A stretch of DNA of 64,000 nucleotides from a bacterium (GTDB lineage: Bacteria > Patescibacteriota > Patescibacteriia > Patescibacteriales > UBA12465), in contig DAONEH010000003.1 of the NCBI GenBank assembly GCA_035402985.1, positions 561 to 64,560 on the forward strand, in the 5' to 3' direction. This document shows, one piece after another, positions 19,049-27,855 of the stretch (the stretch's first letter is position 1; each line of letters starts with the position of its first letter). Under the pieces are notes generated by a model, which did no database searches, had not been told where the DNA came from, and worked only from the letters and a program-made list of their open reading frames with translations. The translations under genes and the position numbers were made by a program.

Positions 19049-21484
19049 TTAAAAATCTCTGATATGAGCAGAAAATTTTTCTTGTAAAACTTTTATCAAT
19101 CCAGTTTGAATTTGATTTACTTCTTCATTATTTAAAGTTTGATCATCTGATTGATAAACAACATGAAAAGCTAAACTCTTTTTATTATTTTCTAAATTTT
19201 CACCAGAATAGACATCAAATAATTCAACTTTTTTAATTAAGGGATGAAATTTTTTTATTTCTTGACTAATATCATTATACAATATTTTTTGATCTATAAC
19301 AAAAGCTAGGTCGCGATTAACAGCTGGAAATTTAGGTATAGCTTGATATTGTTTCATTGGCCCATTGGAAATAGCAAATAATAATAGTTTTAAACTAATT
19401 TCAGCATAAGCTACTTGTTTTTTTATTCCATTTTTATTTAAAACTTCATTATTAAGACTAGCTAAATAACCAATTTCTTTACCATTTAAAATTATTAAAC
19501 ATTTCTCTTTATTATTAGCCCAAGAAATAATTGATTCAGTTGGATAAAAATCAATTTCTTGATCATTAGCAATTTCTAAACCAGCGTTAAAGATAATATT
19601 TTTTAAAGTATTAAAAACTTGTTTAGAATTTTCTGATAATATTAAGCCTATCTTTTTTTCTTGATAAGGTAAGGTTTCGGTATGTTTATTATCTTTATTG
19701 GGGCCACCGGCAATATTTAGAAATACATTTTCAATTTCAAATAAAGAAATTGTATCATACTTAGATTGATTATTTTTGACATTAGCTAATAAATTAGTAA
19801 TCAAAGTTTGTCGAAGCATGGTGTGTTGATTTGATAATGGATTTAATAATCTAATATAGTTTTTAGAATCTAAATTAAGTTTTGTTAATTGTTCTTCATT
19901 AACATAGGAATAATTATAGGTTTCAGTCATTTTATAATTAAAAGCTAAAATTTTCTTTATTTTTTTACTTAATTCTGCTTCTGGATCTTTTTCTGGTGGA
20001 ATTATTTTATCTGCTGGTATAGTTGGAATAATATTATTATAGCCATAAATTCTAGTTATTTCTTCAATGATATCTTCTTTTATTTGTAAGTCTTTTTTTC
20101 TCCATGAGGGAATGATTATTTCCCAAACTTCTTCATTATTAACTATCGAAGTATTTTTTATAATCAAACCTAAATTTTCTAATATTTTCTTTATTTTTTT
20201 ATTATCAATTTTTTGTCCAATAAATCTTTCAGCCCAATTTAAATTTAGAGCTATAATTCTTTCTTCATCTTTTAAAGTTTCTTCAATGATTATATCATTT
20301 TGCCAAATAGCTTGAGGACAAACTTGTTTTATTAATTCACTAGCTTTTTCTAAGGCGATAAGGCATAAGTTAGGGTCTAAACCTTTTTCAAAACGAATTG
20401 CGGCATCAGTTCGTATATTTAAACGACTACCAGTTTTTCTAATAGAGACAGCATCAAAATTAGCTGATTCTAATATAATGGAATTGGTAGTATTATTAAT
20501 TTCACTATTTTTTCCACCCATTATTCCAGCTAAAGCTATGGCTTTGCTATCAGAAGCAATTACTAAATCATCTTCAATTAATTTTTGTTCTTTATCATCT
20601 AGAGTTATTAAAGTTTCGTTTTTATTAGCTTTTCGAACAATTATTTTTTTTATATTTTCAGCATCAAAAGCATGAAGAGGTTGACCAATTTCAAACATAA
20701 CATAATTGGTAATATCAACTATATTATTAATTGGATTTAAACCAACCACTTTTAATTTATTTTTTAACCAACTTGGAGATTCTTCTATTTTTATATTATC
20801 AATTTTTAAAGCAATATATTTTTTACATAGATTTTTAGCTTTTATTTCGACAGCTACATTTTCAGTTTTATCTTTAGTTTTTTTTATTTTAATTTTTTTT
20901 GTTTCATACTCCTTTAATTTTTTATCAAAAATAACACTTAATTCTCGAGCAATGCCATAATGATTCCATAAGTCAGGGCGATTAGAAATTGACTTATTAT
21001 CAATTTCCAAAATAGTTTCATCTAATTTCAAATAATCACCTAAAGATTGCCCAATTTTAGCTGATGAGTTTAAAACCATAATACCAGTATGATCAAGACC
21101 TAAACCTAATTCATCTTCGGCACAAAGCATTCCATTTGATTCTATTCCTCTAATTTGAGTTGATTTAATCTCTAAACCATTTGGTAAAATAGCCCCAATT
21201 TTAGCCAAAGCTACTAATTGACCAGCACTAACATTGGGGGCACCACAAACAACTTGAAGATTATTTTCTTCACCACTATCTATTAGAGTAATTTGAAGTT
21301 TATCAGCTTGAGGATGTTTTTTTACTTCTAAAACCTTAGCTACAATTATATTTTTGAATTGGTCTTTGGTTTGACTTATTTGTTCAACTTCAACCGTATG
21401 ATCAGTTAATTTATTTTTTATATCTTCCGGATTAATATTTGATAAGTTAACAAATTCTTTTAACCAGTTTAATGAAATATTCAT
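19049..21484 (-). CDS. pheT: Phenylalanine--tRNA ligase beta subunit
   Basis: 811 aa with tRNA-binding OB domain, B3/4, B5 and FDX-ACB arrangement. Directly downstream of pheS. Confidence 0.95.
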   Translation of the reverse strand: MNISLNWLKEFVNLSNINPEDIKNKLTDHTVEVEQISQTKDQFKNIIVAKVLEVKKHPQADKLQITLIDSGEENNLQVVCGAPNVSAGQLVALAKIGAILPNGLEIKSTQIRGIESNGMLCAEDELGLGLDHTGIMVLNSSAKIGQSLGDYLKLDETILEIDNKSISNRPDLWNHYGIARELSVIFDKKLKEYETKKIKIKKTKDKTENVAVEIKAKNLCKKYIALKIDNIKIEESPSWLKNKLKVVGLNPINNIVDITNYVMFEIGQPLHAFDAENIKKIIVRKANKNETLITLDDKEQKLIEDDLVIASDSKAIALAGIMGGKNSEINNTTNSIILESANFDAVSIRKTGSRLNIRTDAAIRFEKGLDPNLCLIALEKASELIKQVCPQAIWQNDIIIEETLKDEERIIALNLNWAERFIGQKIDNKKIKKILENLGLIIKNTSIVNNEEVWEIIIPSWRKKDLQIKEDIIEEITRIYGYNNIIPTIPADKIIPPEKDPEAELSKKIKKILAFNYKMTETYNYSYVNEEQLTKLNLDSKNYIRLLNPLSNQHTMLRQTLITNLLANVKNNQSKYDTISLFEIENVFLNIAGGPNKDNKHTETLPYQEKKIGLILSENSKQVFNTLKNIIFNAGLEIANDQEIDFYPTESIISWANNKEKCLIILNGKEIGYLASLNNEVLNKNGIKKQVAYAEISLKLLLFAISNGPMKQYQAIPKFPAVNRDLAFVIDQKILYNDISQEIKKFHPLIKKVELFDVYSGENLENNKKSLAFHVVYQSDDQTLNNEEVNQIQTGLIKVLQEKFSAHIRDF

Positions 21485-21505
21485 ATTATTAATTATTTAA
21501 AGTTA

Positions 21506-22534
21506 TTAAAATTGTTTTAAAAATCGTAAATCACCACTATGTAATAATCTAGTATCATCAATTTTATATTTAAGCATAGCTAATCGATCCAAACCAAAAC
21601 CAAAAGCAAAACCAGAATATTTTTCGGGATCAATTCCGGCATTTTTTAAAACTTCAGGATGAATCATTCCACAACCAACTATTTCTAACCAACCAGTATG
21701 TTTACAAACTCGACAACCTTGGCCTTGGCATAAAAAACAAGTATATTCGCCATTACTACCTGGTTCAACAAAAGGATAATATTTTGGTCGCATTCTTAAT
21801 TTTGTATTTGGTCCATATAGTTTTTGACCAACTAATTCTAAAAAAGATTTTAAATTAGAAAAATTTATATTTTCTCCAATCATTAATCCTTCTAATTGAT
21901 AAAAAGTATGTTCATGTCGAGCATCAGTAGCTTCATTTCTAAAACAACGTCCTGGTATAATAGCTTTTAAGGGAGCACCATATTTTTCCATAGCTCTTAG
22001 TTGCATAGGGGAAGTTTGAGTTCTCATTAACATATCATATTCTCCATCTTTATTTTTAGCATCGATAAAAAAAGTATCTTGCATTTCTCGAGCGGGATGA
22101 TGTTTAGGAAAATTTAAAGCAGTAAAGTTATAATAATCACTTTCTAATTCTGGACCATTTAAAACCATAAAACCCATGGAAGTGAATAAATCTTCAATTT
22201 CTTCTTGAGTAGTAGTAATGGGATGAAGATGGCCTTTTTCAGATACTACCCCTGGTAAAGTTGGATCAATAATATCAGATTGATTATCATTTTTACTTAC
22301 TCTATTTCTAACTTCAGTAATTTTTTCATTAATTTCGTTTTTAATCGAATTAGCTAAAGCTCCCACCTCTTTTTTTAAATCTATATCTAAATTTTTTATA
22401 TTTTTTAACAGGGAATTAAATTCACTTTTACGATTTAAATATTTATCTTCTATTTCTTTTAAATTGTCTTCAATTTCAATTTTATCTAAACTCTCTAAAA
22501 TTTCTTTTTTTAATTCTAATAATTTATTTTTCAT
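21506..22534 (-). CDS. pheS: Phenylalanine--tRNA ligase alpha subunit
   Basis: Class II core motifs (FRNEATDARHEHTFYQLEG, GFAFGFGLDRLAML). Confidence 0.95.
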   Translation of the reverse strand: MKNKLLELKKEILESLDKIEIEDNLKEIEDKYLNRKSEFNSLLKNIKNLDIDLKKEVGALANSIKNEINEKITEVRNRVSKNDNQSDIIDPTLPGVVSEKGHLHPITTTQEEIEDLFTSMGFMVLNGPELESDYYNFTALNFPKHHPAREMQDTFFIDAKNKDGEYDMLMRTQTSPMQLRAMEKYGAPLKAIIPGRCFRNEATDARHEHTFYQLEGLMIGENINFSNLKSFLELVGQKLYGPNTKLRMRPKYYPFVEPGSNGEYTCFLCQGQGCRVCKHTGWLEIVGCGMIHPEVLKNAGIDPEKYSGFAFGFGLDRLAMLKYKIDDTRLLHSGDLRFLKQF

Positions 22535-22538
22535 ATTT

Positions 22539-22913
22539 TTATTTTTGTTTGTTAATTAAAAGATATTCAATTATTGATAATATTATTATTAATATTAAAA
22601 TATTTAACCAGGAAAATAGATGTTCTCCTAACATAAAAAGGGTAGCCGTTATTAAACAGGAGAATAAAAAAGCTTGTCGAAAAGATGTTTTTACTATGTA
22701 TAAGTCTAAAGCTTCTTTCATTGTTTTTTTTCTAATAATAAATCCAATTAAAGCTAAACTGCCACTTAAAGATAGAAACAGAGAAAAATAGAAAAATATA
22801 AAACCAATCCAATTAGTAGTTTCTGGATTAATAGAGTTTATCAAAAAAATGGAAATAGCCCAAGATAATAGAGTTAATCCAGTCATTGATAATAGATATT
22901 TCTTTAATGACAT
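22539..22913 (-). CDS. Small integral membrane protein (4 predicted TM helices)
   Basis: Hydrophobic 124-aa ORF packed between valS and pheS on the same strand. Confidence 0.55.
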   Translation of the reverse strand: MSLKKYLLSMTGLTLLSWAISIFLINSINPETTNWIGFIFFYFSLFLSLSGSLALIGFIIRKKTMKEALDLYIVKTSFRQAFLFSCLITATLFMLGEHLFSWLNILILIIILSIIEYLLINKQK

Positions 22914-22935
22914 ACTTTGTATATTATTTATTTAA

Positions 22936-25551
22936 TTAAAAAATTATTTTTTGTAATTCTGTTTGATAATTAGCTAATTTATCTTTTTCTTTTTGTACTA
23001 AATCTTTTGGAGCTTTATTAATAAATTCTTGATTAGCTAATTTATTTTCTATAATACTTATCATTTTTTTTAAATTTTCAATTTCTTTAGTTCGACGAAT
23101 CTTTTCTTTGTTTTCATCAATAGCTCCAATTAAATAAATTTCAATTTCACCAATATTTATTATAATAGTATTTTCTTTAGAAATATCAGAGCTGGCAGTA
23201 ATAAATTCAATTTCAGAAATACCAGTTTTTAAATTAGTAATTAAATGTTGTTGGTTTTTTATAATTTCTTCTTTCTGACCTGCTAAAATTAAAGCTTTTA
23301 TCTTTTGAGCTGGTTCCACTTTATTAGCAAAACGAGCATTTCTAATAGCAATAATAATTTCTTGTATTAATTTAAAATTTTCTTCTTCTAAATCATATGA
23401 TAAAGCTTGAGCTTGAGGCCAAGAAGCAATCATTAAAGTTTCAGCTTCTTGTAATTCTTGCCAAATAACTTCAGTTACAAAAGGAATGTAAGGGTGCCAT
23501 AATTTTAAAATATTTTTTAATAAAAATATTAATATTTTACTATTATTATCATTTTTTTCAAATTTTTTAGCTTCTAAATACCAATCAGCTAAATCATTCC
23601 AAGTAAAATCTTTTAATTTATCACCAGCTAAAGCAAATTGATATTCTTTTAAATTTTTAGTAGATTCAATTATTAAATTATTTAAACGATTTAATATCCA
23701 TTTATCACTTAGGGTTAAATTATTTTGATCATAATTATCAGAAAAATTTTCAGTAGTTGATATTATAAATCGACTAATATTCCAAAGTTTATTTACAAAA
23801 TTACGACAACTAATTAATTTTTCATCACTATTACGCATATCATTTCCGGGAGTATTGCCAATTAATAGTGATAATCTTAAAGCATCAGTTCCAAATTCTT
23901 TGATGACATCCAAAGGATCAATGCCATTACCTTTTGATTTACTCATTTTTTTACCATTTTTATCTAAAATTGTTCCATGCAAATAGACTTTTTCAAAAGG
24001 AATTTCACCTAAAGAAAAAAGTGACATTATAATCATACGAGAGACCCATAGAGTAAGGATATCATAACCAGTTTCTAGTACTTGAGTGGGATGATATTTT
24101 TTTAAGTCACCCAATTTAATTCCATCTTTAAAATTATTAGGCCAACCCAATGTTGAAAAAGTCCACATACCAGAAGAAAACCAGGTATCTAAAGTATCAG
24201 GGTCTTGAATCCAACCAGCTTCTTCAGGTTGTTTATAGCCAACATATATTTTATCTTCTTTATACCAAACTGGAATTTGATGGCCAAACCAAATTTGACG
24301 ACTAATACACCAATCATGTAGATTTGAAGTCCAATCCAAATATCTCTTAGTAAATCTTTCAGGTATAAATTCAATTTGTTTAGTTTCAGCTACTTCTAAA
24401 GCTTTTTCTTTTAATGATTTATTACCTAAACGTTCTAATTTTTTATCAACGTTAACAAACCATTGTTTGGATGGTAGAGGTTCAATAGAGGTATCACAGC
24501 GATAACAAATTGATAAATTATTATCAATTTCTTCTTCTTTTTCTATTAAACCTTGTTCTTGTAATTCATTAACAATCATGTTTCGAGCTTCTAAAGCAGT
24601 TTGATTAGAAAATTTACCAAAACCTTCTCTTATCAATCCTTGTTCGTTAATAACTTTAATACTAGGTAAATTATTTTTTAAAGCCATTTGAGAATCAATC
24701 ATAGAATGAGCTGGGGTTACACCTAAAGCTCCAGTTCCAAAATTCATATCAACACTGATATCAGAAATTATTTTAATATTTAATTTTTGGCCACAAAATT
24801 CAGTTGTAATTGTTTGACCTATATATTTTTTATAGCGTTCATCGCGAGGATTAACAGCAATAGCTGTATCACCTAATTTTGTTTCAGGGCGGGTAGTAGA
24901 AATAGCAATTGGAAAATCAGAACTATATTTAAAAGTATAGAATTTAGTTTTTTGTTCTTTATATTCAACTTCATCATCAGCTAAAGTTGATTGACAACGG
25001 GGACACCAATTTACTACTCGTTCTCCTTGATAAATAATACCATCATTATACATATCAATAAACATTTTTTTAACAGCCATTTGTCTATCTTCATCTAAAG
25101 TAAAAGCTTGGCGACTCCAATCAAGAGAAGACCCCATTTTTTTTAATTGGTTTACAATAGTATTTTGAGTTTCATTTAAAAATTCCCAAACTTTTTCTAA
25201 AAATTTTTCTCGACCTAAATCATGTCGAGTTTTATGTTCTTCCGTAAATAATTTTTTTTCAATTACATTCTGTGTAGCAATAGCCGCATGATCAGTTCCG
25301 GGAAGCCACAATGTTCGATAGCCGTTCATGCGATAAAATCTAACAAATAAATCTTCAATAACTAGCATAGAAGCATGCCCAACATGAAGTTTGGCGGTAA
25401 TATTAGGGGGAGGTAAAACCATTGTAAAATTAGGAGCGTTTTCGGGCAAATTTAAATTATCAGGATTAAAATAGCCTGATTTTTGCCATTGTTCATAAAT
25501 TTTGTCTTCCCATTCTTCCGGGTTATAGACCTTTTCCATTTCTTTTTTCAT
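22936..25551 (-). CDS. valS: Valine--tRNA ligase
   Basis: PPPNITAKLHVGH (HIGH), KMSKSKGN (KMSKS), CP1 editing domain, C-terminal coiled coil. Confidence 0.95.
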   Translation of the reverse strand: MKKEMEKVYNPEEWEDKIYEQWQKSGYFNPDNLNLPENAPNFTMVLPPPNITAKLHVGHASMLVIEDLFVRFYRMNGYRTLWLPGTDHAAIATQNVIEKKLFTEEHKTRHDLGREKFLEKVWEFLNETQNTIVNQLKKMGSSLDWSRQAFTLDEDRQMAVKKMFIDMYNDGIIYQGERVVNWCPRCQSTLADDEVEYKEQKTKFYTFKYSSDFPIAISTTRPETKLGDTAIAVNPRDERYKKYIGQTITTEFCGQKLNIKIISDISVDMNFGTGALGVTPAHSMIDSQMALKNNLPSIKVINEQGLIREGFGKFSNQTALEARNMIVNELQEQGLIEKEEEIDNNLSICYRCDTSIEPLPSKQWFVNVDKKLERLGNKSLKEKALEVAETKQIEFIPERFTKRYLDWTSNLHDWCISRQIWFGHQIPVWYKEDKIYVGYKQPEEAGWIQDPDTLDTWFSSGMWTFSTLGWPNNFKDGIKLGDLKKYHPTQVLETGYDILTLWVSRMIIMSLFSLGEIPFEKVYLHGTILDKNGKKMSKSKGNGIDPLDVIKEFGTDALRLSLLIGNTPGNDMRNSDEKLISCRNFVNKLWNISRFIISTTENFSDNYDQNNLTLSDKWILNRLNNLIIESTKNLKEYQFALAGDKLKDFTWNDLADWYLEAKKFEKNDNNSKILIFLLKNILKLWHPYIPFVTEVIWQELQEAETLMIASWPQAQALSYDLEEENFKLIQEIIIAIRNARFANKVEPAQKIKALILAGQKEEIIKNQQHLITNLKTGISEIEFITASSDISKENTIIINIGEIEIYLIGAIDENKEKIRRTKEIENLKKMISIIENKLANQEFINKAPKDLVQKEKDKLANYQTELQKIIF

Positions 25552-25633
25552 GTTTTTTGATTATTTTCCTTCTAAATTATAGCATTATATTATCAAAAAT
25601 AATACCCTCGGTCAATTATTTAACTTGTCAATA

Positions 25634-25662
25634 TTGACTATTTTTTCAAATCAATATATAGT
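25634..25662 (+). promoter_or_regulatory. Sigma70-type promoter (TTGACT-17-TATAGT)
   Basis: TTGACT at 25634-25639, TATAGT at 25657-25662. The -35 lies inside the 12-bp perfect palindrome GTCAATATTGAC (25627-25638). Confidence 0.5.
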
Positions 25663-25692
25663 ATTTAGTTAATACTTTTAAGTGCAAGTTAG

Positions 25693-26940
25693 ATGGAAAC
25701 TGGTCAACAATTTTTTAATTTAATTGAAAAATCGAAAAATATTTTAATAAGTTTTCCGATTGATTGGAGCGGAGATGCTATTTCAGCCTCTTTGGCTCTC
25801 TTTTTATTTCTTAAAAAAATAGGGAAAAATGTTGAAATTGGAGCTGAACATATGAAAAATACTAATAATTTTAAAATACCAACTACATCTTTTAAATTTT
25901 TACCAGCTTTTTCAGAAATAAAAGATTCTTTAGAAAATTTAATGAAATTTATTGTCTCAGTTGATTTAAAAAATGCTAAAGTTAGTCAAATAAAATATGT
26001 CATTGAAAATAATAAACTTAATTTTATAATTTCGCCTAAAGATGGTTTTTTTACTGAAAATGATCTTAGTTCAAATTTAGGTGGTTTTAAATATGATTTA
26101 ATTATTACGCTTGATAGTTGCAATTTAGAATCTTTAGGTAAAATTTATGATAATAATATTGATTTTTTTTATAAAACTCCAATTATTAATATTGATCAAA
26201 GTCCGGAAAATGAAGAATTTGGGCAACTTAATATCATTGATTTAAAAGCCGTGGCTGTTACAGAAATAATATTTAATTTATTATTTAATTATAATAAAAA
26301 ATTAATTGATGAAGATATTGCCACTTGTTTGTTAACTGGAATAATTTTTAGAACTAAAAGTTTTAAAACATCTAATATTACCCCTCGAGTTTTAGCTACT
26401 ACTTCTAAATTAATTGAATTAGGGGCTCGACGAGAAGAAATTGTATCTAATTTATATCGTTCTCGTAGTTTAAGTACTTTAAAATTATGGGGAAGAGTTT
26501 TAAATAATTTATCAACGACAGAAGATAATAATATTATTTGGACAACTTTATTTAAAAATGATTTTCAAATATCAAAATCTAGTGAAGAAAATTTGCAAGA
26601 TGTTATTGATGAATTAATTATTAGTATTCCTACAGCTAAAGTTATCGTTGTTTTTTATTCTTTAAATGAAATATCAGTTTTAGATGAGCAGTATATGGTT
26701 AGTGATGATAAGCAAGATTTTAATGATAAAACTATTGTTATTCATAATAGTTTTGATAAAATTTTTAAAACTAATGTTAGTGTTTGTTCAGTAAAAAATA
26801 TTGATGCTTTAGAATTAATAAAAAATTTAAAACCAGAAGGTACTAAAAAAATAGCTCAAGCTTCAATTAATCGTCCTCTTAAAGAAGTAGAAAAAGAAGT
26901 AATCTCTAGTATAAAAAATCAGCTTGAAAAAATATTTTAA
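25693..26940 (+). CDS. DHH/DHHA1-family phosphoesterase (NrnA-like), degenerate motifs
   Basis: Length and layout match NrnA-type proteins (N-terminal ...DWSGDAISASLAL..., central ITLDS, C-terminal DHHA1-like region). The catalytic His/Asp motifs look degenerate. Confidence 0.6.
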   Translation: METGQQFFNLIEKSKNILISFPIDWSGDAISASLALFLFLKKIGKNVEIGAEHMKNTNNFKIPTTSFKFLPAFSEIKDSLENLMKFIVSVDLKNAKVSQIKYVIENNKLNFIISPKDGFFTENDLSSNLGGFKYDLIITLDSCNLESLGKIYDNNIDFFYKTPIINIDQSPENEEFGQLNIIDLKAVAVTEIIFNLLFNYNKKLIDEDIATCLLTGIIFRTKSFKTSNITPRVLATTSKLIELGARREEIVSNLYRSRSLSTLKLWGRVLNNLSTTEDNNIIWTTLFKNDFQISKSSEENLQDVIDELIISIPTAKVIVVFYSLNEISVLDEQYMVSDDKQDFNDKTIVIHNSFDKIFKTNVSVCSVKNIDALELIKNLKPEGTKKIAQASINRPLKEVEKEVISSIKNQLEKIF

Positions 26941-27003
26941 TAATGTTAATATTTTAAATAGTTGAAAGTAATCACCAGATAAAATGGCTGGTTTTTGTTT
27001 TGG

Positions 27004-27077
27004 GGGTGTATAGCTCAGTTGGTTAGAGCGCTACGTTGACATCGTAGAGGTCTCCCGTTCGAGTCGGGATATACCCA
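27004..27077 (+). tRNA. tRNA-Val (anticodon GAC)
   Basis: Cloverleaf: acceptor GGGTGTA/TATACCC, D-arm GCTCAGTTGGTTAGAGC, anticodon loop TTGACAT, T-arm TCCCGTTCGAGTCGGGA. Confidence 0.9.
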
Positions 27078-27094
27078 CTGGAGCTAAAATTTTT

Positions 27095-27168
27095 GGGCAT
27101 ATAGCTCAGTTGGTTAGAGCACCGCCCTTATAAGGCGGGGGTCGATGGTTCGAGTCCATCTATGCCCA
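27095..27168 (+). tRNA. tRNA-Ile (anticodon UAU)
   Basis: Cloverleaf: acceptor GGGCATA/TATGCCC, anticodon stem CCGCC/GGCGG with loop CTTATAA (positions 34-36 = TAT). The body resembles tRNA-Ile. Confidence 0.85.
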
Positions 27169-27172
27169 CAAT

Positions 27173-27598
27173 ATGGTAAATTTATTTAAAAAAAATAAAA
27201 CCAATTCTTATAAAATCTCAACTTTTAATGAAGATGAAGAAGCTTCTTTTAATTGGTTGGGTGAAGAATTAGCCGAGGGTCAATTATTAGTAGACGTTTA
27301 TCAAACTCCTGATAATATTATAGTTAAATCAACTATGGCTGGAGTTAAACCGGAGAATTTATTCATTTCTCTAAACCATGATATTTTAACTATCAAAGGT
27401 AAAAGAGAACATGAAAACTTGGTTGATGATAATGATTATTTACTTCGAGAGTGTTATTTTGGTTCTTTTTCTCGAACTATAATTTTACCAGACGAGGTTG
27501 ATAGTAAAAAGATTGAAGCTATTTTAGAAAATGGAGTTTTAACTGTGGTTTTAGAAAAAATGTATAAAGATCACCAAGTTAAAGTAAAGATCAAATAA
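27173..27598 (+). CDS. Hsp20/alpha-crystallin family small heat-shock protein
   Basis: Alpha-crystallin domain (VDVYQTPDNIIVKSTMAGVKPENL...GSFSRTIILPDEVD...GVLTVVLEK). The ATG lies 4 nt after the tRNA-Ile 3' end. Confidence 0.9.
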   Translation: MVNLFKKNKTNSYKISTFNEDEEASFNWLGEELAEGQLLVDVYQTPDNIIVKSTMAGVKPENLFISLNHDILTIKGKREHENLVDDNDYLLRECYFGSFSRTIILPDEVDSKKIEAILENGVLTVVLEKMYKDHQVKVKIK

Positions 27599-27605
27599 TA
27601 ATTTT

Positions 27606-27830
27606 ATGGAAAAGGTTTTTATTATTATTAAATTTTCTGAGGAAAATGTTGTTTTATATAACGATGAATTAAATCGGGAGTTTTTGTGGCCTAAAGAATT
27701 TTTACCAGTTGATTCTAAAGTTGGTGATAAAATAAATTTTTTAATTTCACTTGACGATATTGAAAAAACTGTAAGAAAACAACGAGCCAAAGATGTTTTA
27801 AACGAAATTTTAATGGTTGATGAAAATTAA
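27606..27830 (+). CDS. Small protein, DUF3006-like
   Basis: 74 aa with the pattern ...FSEENVVLYNDELNREFLWPKEFLPVDSKVGDKINF..., reminiscent of DUF3006. Appears translationally coupled in the hsp20 operon. Confidence 0.5.
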   Translation: MEKVFIIIKFSEENVVLYNDELNREFLWPKEFLPVDSKVGDKINFLISLDDIEKTVRKQRAKDVLNEILMVDEN

Positions 27831-27855
27831 GCTTTAACTTTAATAGTTAAGTTTT

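Noticed and set aside
20067-20960. Three plus-strand ORFs (20067-20315, 20478-20675, 20706-20960) opposite pheT. The same applies to 22549-22791 (opposite the membrane protein), 24189-24374 (out of frame within valS) and 27551-27790 (opposite hsp20/DUF3006).
   Set aside because: All lie within, and are shorter than, well-supported genes. Their products are Ile/Phe/Leu/Ser-rich translations of AT-rich DNA.
25552-25692. T-box riboswitch upstream of valS (and of the pheS and trpS genes).
   Set aside because: The leader is only ~30-140 nt of A/T with no T-box consensus (no AGGGTGGTACCGCG-like block) and no specifier or antiterminator architecture.
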